Part shown: piece after piece, positions 13,531-26,160 of the stretch | Numbering within the stretch: position 1 is the first letter of the stretch | How the letters are laid out: every line of letters starts with the position of its first letter | NCBI GenBank assembly: GCA_030265395.1 | Contig: JARFYF010000063.1 | Coordinates: 41,507,348-41,571,347 of the forward strand | Direction: 5' to 3' | Source of the DNA: Rhina ancylostomus | Taxonomy: Eukaryota | DNA: 64,000 bases | Program-made: the position numbers and the translations under genes | Notes under the pieces: model-generated | What the model saw: only the letters and a program-made list of their open reading frames with translations | Database searches by the model: none | Told to the model about the DNA's origin: nothing

Positions 13531-14809
13531 AAACGAACCTTTAAATGCACAACCACCTTATAATGTGTAATCAGACCATCTCTCTTCATTTTTAAAAGCA
13601 TTTTCCAATGTAAGCATACTAAAGGGACATTTTCTAATGTATGTTACAAATTGCACAAATAATCTCCCAGGTTTGGTAGAGTTGTATTCACCAGTATCTG
13701 CCTATGTGCTAATGTAACCCAGGGTCAATGCGATTGCTTTGTGTTAACCAGATATCATCTCTTTCATATCTGCCTCTATCTTTACAAAGATGAATAGGGA
13801 AGCACTTTAATTGTACGTCTTAATATAATTCCAGCAGCTTTTTTTTTTACAGACAACTCAATGTTTGAAATAATAACTGCAATCAAATCTTGAGACACGT
13901 AACTACCAGAAAACCCCCAAGAATAAATTATACAGCATGTCATCTTAATAGATTTGCTTTTCTAGTCCTGTTTAGTGTTACAATTCTGCCTTCTCATGGT
14001 TTGAGATGAGTAATTCTTCTCATTTCTGGAATGATTGCTCATATCCCTTTGGTGGAAAGATAGTGCATCTGACACTTTGCCTTTGTTATTTACTAGGCCT
14101 TTCAAACAAATTTGGCCTACAGCTTCCAATGTCAACAATATATTGTCATTAGAGACCTTCATGGATTCCCATGATTAGAAACATCCTTGTTTTGATAAGT
14201 GTTATTATAATCTCTCAATTTTCACTGTAAGAGCAATCCGGTCTGGATTTGATTAAATCCCACCCAAAAATTTAGTGGGAAATATTTAGGCCGCCTATTT
14301 GTAGGCTCATCTAAAAGCTGGCTAGTCAATCTGCTAGACTCAAAATGCTTGGATTACACAAATATACATCCATTTCACATGTCTATAAAATGGGAGAATT
14401 ATCTTCCACTCTTACCTTGCTTGAAGTCATTGAATTTTGTATTTACTTACTAGTTCTGGAACCCTTAGGTCCCAAAATCCCTGTTATATAACCCAACCAT
14501 CCACATTCTCAACAGTTACAGAACTTGGGTTCTTATTGTACATCTCCAATTACAAGCTTTAATTGTCCAAATTTATCCAGTAGAACCCAGGCAAAATATT
14601 GAGGAATTGCAAAAATGGAAAGTATACTTGTTACCACTGTAAATATTTTTCAATATTCTCAAAGGATAGCCAGGATGCTGTCTACAATGGAAGAGCAAGT
14701 GCATTGTTAAAGGAAATTCAATAATTTGTGGGTGGCATGATGGATAGCATCTTTTGTAAGTAGAATCAAGAAGTCCATTTGATATGTTGCCTATTTCATA
14801 CCAAATACC

Positions 14810-15500
14810 CAAGGCAGAGGGATGGCAGGGTTGATGGGGGGAGGAAGCAGTTGTTATGGTTCATATTGAGAGCAACAAACTGGAAATATTAGAAAGCGAT
14901 CCTCTTTGGAGAAAGTCAGGACCTGTTTTGTTTAGAGAACAGAAGGATCTTAAAGGTTATAATCACCTAATGTGCAAATAGGCATATGAGAATACACAGT
15001 ATGGAGGAGAGTGCATGGCTGAAGGAATGAAGTTTGAAAGAGATTCTCTTCCAGAGCTCAATATGACCAATATCGGAACTTGAACTGTACCCTATACATG
15101 GAAAGAAGTTAGAGGAACAACCCCTACTTAAAGTGGGCTGGGAAAAGGGTTCGAGCAGAAATGTGAACAGGAGTCTCACAAGGTCAGCTGATGGAACAGG
15201 GGGAAAACAGGCAATATAAATAGTAATTCTAAAACAAAGAGATAAATAGTCTAAAATTGTGGTTTGGTGACTACAACCAAACAATGTTTATGAAATCAAC
15301 AGAGAAATATGAAATGTACAGGGAAAAAACTAGACCAAAATAGCAGGTAAAGTTGCATGATTTATAAAAAGTGCTCTTTATACAAATAGTTATAAAGAAC
15401 AAACTGAATTAATCACAGGCTACAAGATATACCAGAAAGATAACAAAACTGACAAAGGGAATTTTCCTTAATGATTAAGGATGAAACTTACTTCAACAAT
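14810..15500 (+). mobile_element. CR1 ORF1 (SGNH esterase) to ORF2 start relic
   Basis: GEEAVVMVHIESN, KVII and SAWLKE pieces resemble CR1 ORF1 esterase VVVHIGTND..KVIISGL..NAWL. Downstream GYKI..KD..KG...LMIKDE resembles the start of the endonuclease. Confidence 0.6.
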
Positions 15501-18500
15501 ATGAGAGGATGTATCTACCAAAACTTAACACAAACATGTCAATTTAAAATACTAACATCTGAATTCATATAATGCTATGTACACTCAATTGATAATATAT
15601 TTACAATTCACCAGAACCAGATAAAAACTATGTTATGTAGTGTCTGTGAACTAAAATGAGAAGTGTGTGTCCGGATGGGAGGAGCATTTGGAAGAAATAC
15701 TTTCAGGTAATTATAATATCAGGAAAAAAAAAGTAGCTCCAACAATAACTCTTGTAGTTTATACTTTAATTGTTAGTTCTAACAACAGTGAAAAATTAAA
15801 TTGTGGAAAGGTATATAGCAAACAGCAACAAACTTCTGAAATTTCAGTAAATGTAACTTTTATTCTCTGACTGCATTTTCACCATGTACAAATACATAAG
15901 ATCTACGTTATTTTGGTTGTTTCACAGGACAGCCTTGCTTATGAACAGTTATTTAACCACTGAATACATCCCTCACTATGGAACATGATTTGGTTTAATG
16001 TACTTCTGGTAGACATGAAAACAAAATTTTAAAAAAATGGCTTGCCACCAGAAATCTGTTGGCCTTTAAAACAGGCCTTAAAGGCAGATTGTAAAATTTG
16101 ACTAGAGCCATACAATCACGATAAAGCAACAATAAAACGTATACTGAGCTTTGATTATTGTACAGCCAAAACAATAGTTAGAGCAAGTTGCGCAGACGAT
16201 ACAGCTCAAAAGACACTGCATTCCAACAGGCAGTAGTTGGGGTTATGAAATGACCTTTTTAGTCCGCAATATCCAGCACATTAAGTCCAGTGTCATTTGT
16301 TTTTATAATCAATCAATGGGCTATTATAACAGCATAAGCTATTGATTCATGGACAATGATAAGTCTTAGTTCATTAAATAATGCCCTCTTATAATTACCT
16401 CAAGCCTCCTTCTATCCTAAGTTCCTTACAATTCCAAGAGTGTAATGGAAGTGAATTACACAATGCAGCCCCGTAAAGATAAAATTTCCTTATGGGACAG
16501 TACTTTTTATATTGGTTTTCCATTACAGTATATTTGGATGGCCAAAATAGTTCTAACAATCACAGTCAAGATGTTAATCATATGGTAATTTATATTTGAA
16601 TTGACTACCAATATTCCCAACCACTGATTTGAAAATCCTTTGATAATGTCTAAAGTTTCCATGGCATTATGCAATTCCTCTTCAATGGGGCTAAGAGTAC
16701 CACAAGTATGCTTCCTTGCTTGTATATTTTTAACTAATGCTTTAAAATCTTCAGACAGCAGCTACCAAGTAGGCACCTCTCAGAGTTGTCATGAGCAGCT
16801 GTTACATCAGTTCTAGTCAAAGGCAGGAAATTTGGAAATTTCTTACGTAAAATTGAAGAAATTTGCACATTACTGATTCCAGTAATACTGACCAGCTATT
16901 CCCAGTTATACAAATAATCCTGTTATAACAGTTAGTAAATACTTTAAAATATTTCAGCTTCCCATAGTCATTATTTTTCAAGTCATTGAATTATGTTACT
17001 TTTAGTAAGATAATCTGCACAGTGTATAATTTACAGTAAAACACTCATCTACCGTTGGAAGTGTTGCAATTTATTCTTGTTTTTAACTTTGAAAACACAA
17101 GGACACGTCTAAAACTAAAACCACCTCCAATTCAAATCCACACAATGGTAGATTAGCAACCAGATATAGGTTTTCTCCACTCCTTTCTCTTTGCTGTTGA
17201 TGTTTGTTTAGATGCGAAACTATGGGTGCTACCTACTCTCTGATAACTTGTCCATTCATTCTTAAAAAAGACACCTTTGCACATATTTTTCATGTGTTCA
17301 CACACATATATATAAACAAACATACATACTTTTTAGTATGAGAAAATGGACAATGATCAGGGCAAGGGCATTGGCTATTTCCCTTCCAAATCTATATGTT
17401 CTAATTTTTAAAAGCACAGTGAAATTTCAGCATTTAAAAAAAAAATCAGTTAGGCAGAGTTCCTCTTTGAGCAGCTGGGCAAAACATTCTACAATAGTTT
17501 GCATGTCAAATAAAAGCAAATACAAACTGCCCTTAATTCACTGATAATTAAGTAATGATACATTATAAATCAGTAAATATCTATGATTTTATAAAACAAC
17601 CCTATTTCAAAATATTGTCAAAAGTAATATGCATTAATGTGATTCATTACTTTTTATATATTTAATCCAAAACCTGTTCAGGGATAGACAGAATCCATTG
17701 CCTTTTTGTTCCCCCCCCCCCACCGCCCCCCCCCAATCCATACACTACACATTTTGTACTTTTGTGAATTACCTTAAAGGCAAAATATGAATTTTAACTG
17801 CAATCAAACTGGAGAAGCTCAAAATTTGGCTTCAGGTAGTTGACTAACTTAGGCATGTAGATATGCTCATAGAAGCTTCTTGACCAAATACAAATAGTTC
17901 AAACATTTTAAGATTTCATGTTAGTAAAGAGCTGAGAGGTCGGTTTCATGCTGAAGTTGCAACAATAACTGGAAATCAGCTGGTAGAGCTCAGGACATGA
18001 ATTTCAATTTTGTTTTCCTTTGATAAAGAACAAGTAGGAGATGGCAATATATCTCTGGGTCAGTGGCTTGCACCATTGTGAAACTGGGCACAACTCAAAA
18101 AAAAACATTTACAGTACCAACTGTAGCAAAAATCCTGTTGACTAACTAAAGCTTCCATTTAGTCCTTCACAACGTTGGAACACCATAGCAATGTGGATAC
18201 ATCTGATGCAGTATTTCTATTCAAATCATTAGGTAAATACTTTAAATATAAAGTAATCCATACAATCTTTGACTTGTGGTATACATAAAACACCAATAAT
18301 AAACTAAGTATCAGACTTTTTGAAATAGATTGTCTCACATCTGTGCCATCTGATAATCACAAACTATTTCGAATTGTCTGTCTTCAACACTTAGTTTATT
18401 GCAATTGATAAAAGGTTGGCATCACAAGTTAAACTATTTGTTGGATAGATTTTTGTTTCTCTCCATTACTCAAAGCATTACTGTAAACCATCTCACAATG

Positions 18501-20204
18501 AATGTTTTGTGCTCATGAAAGTAGGAACATTTTGATTTCTTTTACTGATGCAGCAGCACAGCATTTCATTAGAAATGCCTTACTCAGACTAAAATAACAG
18601 GTGATTGAGTTTTATTTGTATGTGAACTAGGAATATCACATATATATTTCTATTTCTATACCTCCAAATATCTAACATGCTTGCTTGGGGTAAAGGATAA
18701 ATCTTTGTTTTAATATCAAACATCAGCAATGAGAAGTTTTAAATTCAGTCATAACAGTTCAGTGGCAAAGTATAGCACTTTAAAATTGCCTCAGTCTTCA
18801 CCTAAATTCCAACCCCAAACAAATTCTTCCTTTGCTACCAGTATATTCTTTACTTTTCACCCATCAACTCTCAATCATCATTGCAAATTTTTAATTTTGT
18901 GATGTCACCACAGGAATTGGCCAGAAATTATTCAATATTAAATCCTCAAAGACAACAGACACTGAGGTATTACAATTGAGTGCAATCCCATAGTTCTCCC
19001 TCCATTAACTGAACTGCAAGAAAGAACTTATTACATTGCAAGCCCACAAAAAACATTAGGCAACAAATCCAACATCAAAGTTACAGTGCTACCACTTGAA
19101 CACCTCAGTGACCTTAGTTCACAGCCTACAGCACAAAACTCAGCTGACCCATAGAGACTGGCACTAACAAAAAACTCTAAGCAGAGTACAGCACAGAGGA
19201 GGCTGTCCCAGATGAAAAATAAAGGCTACTATTAAACCACCTGAAAATCCAGCAGTCTGGGCCGACTTCAAATCTTGATCCTTGAGCTCAAAGAATTGTG
19301 TTTGAAAGCACCGCACCACTCAATTTGCATAATGGAGGTTGATTTCTCATCTCGTATGGGTATGCGATGCATTTTGCCACTTAGCTTCAGGGTAATATTG
19401 TGCTACAGTTTATGTGATTGCTCACATATGGTATGATTATGCCTAAGAGGACCTACAGCACTATGAGATAGTTTTGGACAGCAAAGAGGACAAGAACTAA
19501 AATGCAATCTGTTGTAAAGTTACACTGAAAAATACCACAATAAATTCCACCAATTTAATATATAGAGTAAATATTTTAAGTAAAAATGTCTGGTGTTCAA
19601 ATCCAATTACAGTTGCTATCAAAGAGCAGAAATTCACGTCAATTATGGATATTGAACACATTTGTCTTAAATTCCCCTCTCCACTATAATGAAGCCATTA
19701 ACCAGGTTACAATAAATGGATTAGCGCTTCTATTAAATTGAGGGAGGGAAATTTGATACATGTGGTAAGAATTAATGTGGTAATATTACTAGCAGTAATT
19801 TTTACCTCCATTGTTTTAAATAGGTCTGTCATTGGATCAAGACACATGAAATAACTGAGATTTGTAATAGAGTACACTGGTCTCATCCTTACGTTTTAAA
19901 TTTCAAGCATTTTGTCTGAAGAAAAGAATTCTTTAGAATGAAATGTTTCAAGACTTCTATCTACCAGCACTTTTTACAGTGCAGTCTGAGCAAAGCAGTG
20001 AGATTCATCAGTGGAATTGATTTTACTAACTGCTGTCCTGTTATTCTGTCAAGTATGGCATGTTTCTTGACTAATATTCCTTACAGCCTTTAGATGTAGC
20101 TGGGACATGTAATTGCACTCGGTCAACACTCATGAATGGAACTGAATTGTGTGATATTAGTAAACTATTTAATTGTTGAAGGTTCTTCTCTGCAACAATT
20201 ACCA

Positions 20205-20295
20205 ATTAAAAACAGAAAATGCTAGAAATACTCAGCAGGTAAGCAGCACCTGTAGAGAGAGAACCAGAGTTATTGTTTCAATGGCCTTTTCAACA
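20205..20295 (-). mobile_element. Penelope pLTR fragment
   Basis: AAAACAGAAAATGCTAGAAATACTCAGCAGGTAAGCAGCACCTGTAGAGAGAGAACCAGAGTT. Confidence 0.75.
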
Positions 20296-20714
20296 GTGAC
20301 TAAGACTTCCAGGTTATAATTCTTACAAGGGAGTTTTTTAATTTGAATTTTGGCAAAAGCTAACACTCACTAGAATGCTTACAGTGAATGAGCTACCAAT
20401 TTTTTTCTCATTGATTGCATTATCTGAAACCCATATGGAAGTTTAATTCCTGTTCTATCCTGTTTCATTTCATTTTCACTTGAATGAAGTTACTATGGAT
20501 GGAGAAAAAATTTCAGTGCAGGTGAAGAGGAATAAAGAATAAAGGAAAACAAAAACTAGTGGAGGGCTAGAAAGGGACAATCCATCAGTAAGGACGCAAG
20601 ATTGAGGTGAGACAAGAATCCAGCCCTAAAAAGAGAGCTGTTACTTCATTGTGATAAAGAAAGTAATGTTACTTGACTATTTAGTTACTTGGGTTTGTTG
20701 CTAATAGGCACCAT

Positions 20715-21013
20715 TTCAGATTCAAATTAGTTTATTGTCATATACACCAGGATGCAATGAAATTCCTGTTCTCATGAAGCTCACAGAGTAAACAGTATAC
20801 ATGGTAGTAATAAATACAATGACAAGGAAGTGTAGCCAGTGATGGATTGGGCTGAGTTTACCACTCTCTGCAGGTTCTGTCAGTCAACAGCAGAGCAGTT
20901 GCCAAATCTGGCTGAGATGCAACCCATTTGGATACTTTCCGTTGCACATCTGTAGAAGATCGAGAGAATCCTCGTGGACATACTGAATCTTCTCAGACAC
21001 CTAAGAAAGTAAA
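20715..21013 (-). mobile_element. Rex1/Babar LINE 3' fragment with internal deletion
   Basis: Tail TTCAGATTCAAATTAGTTTATTGTCAT; minus translation YFLRCLRRFSMSTRILSIFYRCATESI..GCIS..FGNCSA..LQRVVNSAQSI. Confidence 0.8.
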
Positions 21014-21739
21014 TTACAAAAATTTACAGATGATATTGGTCTTTACCTGGCCAAAACCTGATGAACATGACAAGACCCAAAGGCCACAGAGAGAATCCTT
21101 CTTGTCAAATTCCATTTAATTTGTCCATATGTGAAGTCTATTTGTTTTACTGTGAGTAATTGTTTCCTTATCCATGTCACATTCTCCTTTTCCTCCTTCC
21201 TAGTCTTTTCCTCTTTCTCCCCCTGTCAAATTTTGGTTCAATTCTACATTTCTTATGTAGCCCCATTAGACATGAATAGTGCCCTTGGTCTTAAGTTTTC
21301 AAATATAAAAATCATGGAAAAGTGACCAATATTTATTCAGTATTGAGATATGTAACAAAATGCATCTCAAAATTCCTGGTGCTAAATGTACAGCTCATTT
21401 GAAAATTGCTACCACACAGAAATGAATGAGGTTAGAATTCCAGATAACTTAAACTATAATTTACTGGGAAGGAACAGCACGTTATGCATTGACAAGCCAG
21501 TGAAACTGAAGCAAAACAAGAATCCAATAAAAAAAAGCACTGACAATGGAATTTGAGAAAGAAGGACATTGTTATGTTGGCATCCTGTGATGGTTATTTC
21601 TCAGAATGATGCTGATTGGTTAATATAAGTTATTCTGTTGACTTCAAGATGTTGTCTGGTCAAAGATAATCAAACTCTGCAGGTGGTCTTGTTCACAAGT
21701 GCAGAATTTCATTCATTTTAAATTTTATCTGATAAAATG

Positions 21740-21830
21740 TCATTGACCTGAAATATCTGTTTCACTCTCCACAGATACCACCCAACCCACTGAGTATTTC
21801 TAGCATTTTGAGTTTTTATTGCACCTGTAA
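21740..21830 (+). mobile_element. Penelope pLTR fragment
   Basis: CATTGACCTGAAA..TGTTTCACTCTCCACAGATACCACCCAACCCACTGAGTATTTCTAGCATTTT. Confidence 0.7.
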
Positions 21831-22004
21831 TTTTTGTTATTTTATTGATATGTTGATTTAAAAGGAATTAAAATTATATTGGTGATGCTTTTAGGGTATT
21901 CAGTGAAAATTAGGTGCAATTGCAGCTTACTTCTCTGTACCTGCTGATTGATTTGTTCCTTGTTTCATATATTTTAAATTTGCCCTATCTGTACTTTGCT
22001 TTAC

Positions 22005-22500
22005 AAAGAATAAGAAAGTGATGCTAAGCCTTTGTAAATGACTAGTTATGACCCTGCTGGAGGATTGTATCCAAATTTATGTTTCACTCATCGGGAGGTT
22101 TGAGAAAGTACAGAAGAGGTGATTGTGATAACACCAGAGATGAAGGACACCATTTACTGGAGAAAAAAGCATTACTCTTCTTACAGTGGGGAAATTTCAA
22201 GGGAGATTTAATAGAGGTGTTCAAAATTATGAAGGATTTTGATTGAATAAATAAAGAGAAACTATTTCCACTCCAACTAGGTTACTAACTATAAGACAGA
22301 CTTATGATAATTGGCAAAAGAATCAAGGAAGATGGAGAGGTACTTTTACTCATGAATGATCTGGAATGCTTAACCAGAGAAAGGAGATTTAATAGTAACT
22401 TTCAAAAGTGAAATGGATATTTACTTGAACAGGAAAATTTCAAAGGTTAGATAACTTACAATGAGCCAGTAAAACCCTTCTTCTGTGCTGTAAACTTCTG
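22005..22500 (+). mobile_element. CR1 LINE 3' fragment
   Basis: GDLIEVFKIMKDFD*INKEKLFPL at about 22200-22275, followed by a degenerate tail CCTTCTTCTGTGCTGTAA. Confidence 0.8.
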
Positions 22501-22989
22501 AGAGACAGAATATTATCCTCTGATATATGCACTAAAGGTGCAAATTTGTACAATTCATGCAATGAACTCTGCTGAGAAATACCAAATGCTGTAGGATTTT
22601 AAAAGCTGAAAGCAAATTCAAAAATTCCTGATAAGAAGAAAAGAAAAGCATGCCAAAGAAACCTTGACTAAAGCACTAACAGAAAGCAGCAAGAAGTAGA
22701 GAAAGTCAGAGAAAAAGAGTTACTCCAACAACAAAGTGACATCTCAGGTTCGATCCGCACTAACATCACCTCCATGGTAAAGGAATCATAAATTCCTTTG
22801 TGAACAATATTTTCAGATGCATTGTGGGTGATGGTTCCTGCCTAATGCATACTTGTGCCAGAGCATCAGCTCTCAGGAAATCTAGACTTTAGCATGTTTT
22901 TTGCTACCTGGGAAACTGGCCAGGCATATCATGTCAAAGGTGACATGAGCAGTATTTAAGTACAGCAATTGGAAGTAAAACTCTATCAA

Positions 22990-23265
22990 TATTATACACA
23001 GAGAAGGGAGTGGTGCTAAGAAAATAGAGGACTGGCCAGCAAACTGGGAGGAAAATTCCTCTTTTTTTTCCAAATAGTGTCACTGGATCGTTTGTATCCA
23101 CCAGAGAGGACAGAAGGGGGTACAGGTTAACATGTCCTTTGAAAAATGGCTCCTTTAGCAGTGTAGCGTCAGTATCTCAGTCTTTGTTATGTGCATTTGT
23201 CTCTGAAGTATGACTTGAATCCACAATGTTCGGTCTCATGTTTAAGAATGCAATCAGCTGAGCCT
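22990..23265 (-). mobile_element. SacSINE/Deu-SINE-like ancient SINE
   Basis: GGATCGTTTGTATCCACCAGAGAGGACAGAAGGGGG..GGTTAACATGTC..GAAGTATGACTTGAATCCACAA..CTGAGCC resembles the reverse Deu-domain plus tRNA head. Confidence 0.7.
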
Positions 23266-23568
23266 GTAGGATAAAAATAAAACACACTGATGAAGTTCTA
23301 ATCACTAATTATCAAAGAATGACCTGCAGGCAGACATTGAAAGCTAAATTCTCCATGAATAAGATCATAAGCGAACTAATCCTTTTGGATGTATGATGGA
23401 GTGTAACAAGGCTCAATCTTGGGAACCAATACCCCTGTATCCCGAAGATATATGGAAAAGATTCAACTTTAAAATCAGTCAGACCTTTTTTAAGTTTGAC
23501 TTGCAGCCCTCTAAGCTTGACATTTCATCTTTTACCTGCGTAAATGTGAGATTACTGTCTGTTTCTAG

Positions 23569-23667
23569 GACTGTTTCCTGGCAATTTGGTAATGAAAGAA
23601 GTCAGGCTTATCCCATTCAAGTTACTTTCGCTGCTGCTGAGACCAAACCTGTCTCCACCAATGAAAG
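23569..23667 (+). other. Candidate isolated 99-nt exon (unassigned)
   Basis: Acceptor TACTGTCTGTTTCTAG, donor AAG|GTAAGA, length divisible by 3, two open frames, lies outside recognised repeats. No homology recognised. Confidence 0.25.
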
Positions 23668-25478
23668 GTAAGATTTTCCATTGGAGCTCATTTCTATCCT
23701 GGAATGTCCACAAATAAACGCTTACAGCAAGTGGTAGCAAAAGTATTCTGCAGTCAAGGTGCTTTGGGTAACTACTTAAAGTCAGCTTACTTAGCACGGA
23801 GCAAAGACAACATGGAACCCATAAAACACAGCTATGTGCTGAATAAACTTAAAACTTTCAGGAGGCCCTACAGGGCAACTTTCATGACTATTCTATTTTG
23901 TAATACAAAGTAACTGTATTTAATCTATTACACTTTGTTACAAAATTCTCTGATTCCACCCTGACTTCTAATAAATTCCTACTGTTGAAAGATTCACATC
24001 AGATTTATATTTACAGAAAAAGTGATGGGACATCTGTAACCAACTATTATGAGTAAGACAGTGGGAGGTATTAAATTCAATTTGGATGGCATTTTTAGAA
24101 ATGAAAAATGATTAACAATACCACTCTTACATAACTGAAATTCATCCCAAAATAATTCATTTAATTTGTGATTCAGTCAGTGAGCTGTGCTCCTTGGTGT
24201 GATGTTTAACACTTTGTGGACCACGTAATAATTTAGCATGGTGTGGGGAAGGCATTTTTCATACTCAGCAGTAATGCACTCCAGTGTGTGACAGATCGAA
24301 GACACAATTGGGTTCTAGAAATTATGGGTTAGACCAACTCAGGCTCCTCTGAGCTTCCCAATTGGGCGAGCTTCATCACGTGTTTGCCAGGTAGTCTTCA
24401 ATGTTAGAAATGTGAATTTGATCTATTCACTGCAAAATATTTTATGTCCATTGGTTGCAAACATTTAAAGTGTGCTGTTTTGAGTCTTTGCAGTGGTGTT
24501 GCCTGGAGGTGACACACATTATAAATGGGGGATGTAAAGTATTATTGAAGTTGATAAAGTACCAGTTGATTTCCCATTTAATGAGCTTTGTCTTCCCTTT
24601 TACCTTGTTTTTATCCCTCCACCCACACAATCCTACCCTGCCAGAAGAACGTAAAATTAACTCCATTGTGGTATCAACACAATGGGAGTTGATGAGTTGT
24701 ATGCTATTGTACCTCAGTGCACTGGGTTCTTTATATATCCACACTCAGTTCATATAATCCATTTTTCTTTAAGTCCAGTTTAACTTGCTGAAGGATGACC
24801 ATATTTTCCAAATTAATAAGTCACTATTAGATAGTTTTGCAACTGTATGACTGAATGCCAGCGATTAATTTACATATTTATGGCACACACTAAATGAACC
24901 ACATTATCTTGGCCTTGGAAGCAAAAGCATTGAAAATTGATTGAATGCTGACAGCGACTAGTCCAGTGCCACTCAACTTTTTTATGTGATTATATTGTAT
25001 GGAATAAAAAAACTATCCTTGGTTAGTGAATCAAAATTTCAGAAGTGGAATACGTAATCAATTTGCTACCATATTGTACATTTCTAATTCTATGTGTCAG
25101 GTTTGAGGCTTGTCATTCCATGAAAATACAGTATAAAGACAAATGTTTGAAGTAATATATTCCTGGTTGATAAAGGTTAAAAATAAAGCCACTTCAAGAT
25201 AAATCACGTGTTTAAAATTCACCAACTGTCAAATGATATCTTTGATTAAGATATATTTCTTTAAAATGTCTTAAGTACGTGTTTGTGCATGCATTTTTGA
25301 CTACATGTATGTGCACAGCACACTTGTTTATGTGTATGTGATTTTCTTTGTGTCCATATGCGATTGTGTCTGTGAGTTTGCATGTATATACACAATGGTG
25401 CAGGTATGCTTGTGTATGTATGTATCTAATTGTGTCTTTTTTGTCTCTTTGCCCATGTGTGAGTACGTCTTGATGCAC

Positions 25479-25480
<2 letters not shown>

Positions 25481-25548
<68 letters not shown>
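25481..25548. repeat. (GT)34 microsatellite, with a decayed GT-rich tract upstream (about 25275-25480)
   Basis: Direct reading of the sequence. Confidence 0.97.
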
Positions 25549-25550
<2 letters not shown>

Positions 25551-25939
25551 ACACCCATCTTTGAATGCTTAACATTTTCCACTCAGCATGTTCAGGACAT
25601 TTACTATTGGCACCAGAATTCTCTCCTGGTTTGATCGAGGCACTTTGAAGTATTTGCGGTCCCGACACATCTGTAAGCAAGATGTTCTTCCTTGGCTGTT
25701 GGAGGGCTCGTGTTTGTACCATGAGCCAGCTCTCTGACACCATGTGACTTTGAAAAACACTTTACCCCTTGATTACTGGTAGTATGTCACAGCAGGCATC
25801 AAAGCCCTACACGTCTGTCAAATTTAATATCTGTCCAATATAACACCTTTTTTACATTTAAATATATATAAGAATCAATATGAAATTATTGTTTATCCTT
25901 TTCATTTACTTTTCTTGCCTAATTATTTGTTTTCTTCCC

Positions 25940-26160
25940 TCATTGCTGACTCCTACCGCGGTATGATTCAGTAGGTGCCGGCTGCTATCCAGTACCCTGC
26001 TCAATTGACTACTCACTGCTCATTTTTCAGGGGAACAATCAGACTGTGAGCATTGGCAGGCATTTTAAATGAATGGTGACGCAGGCCACATGAGTCTTAA
26101 TAGCAAACAGGAGGGGGATCCTCGGCTTTCCCATTTCCCCCTCCCTGAGGACTGCAATCT
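25940..26160 (-). mobile_element. Old chondrichthyan SINE-like repeat (family not named)
   Basis: AGACTGTGAGCATTGGCAGGC..TAGCAAACAGGAGGGGGATCCTCGGCT..TTTCCCCCTCCCT resembles a recurrent shark repeat; a possible opposite-strand relative lies at about 60280-60570. Confidence 0.4.

Noticed and set aside
25305-25743. ORFs with CVCVCV / THTHTH runs
   Set aside because: Translation of the (GT)n microsatellite.
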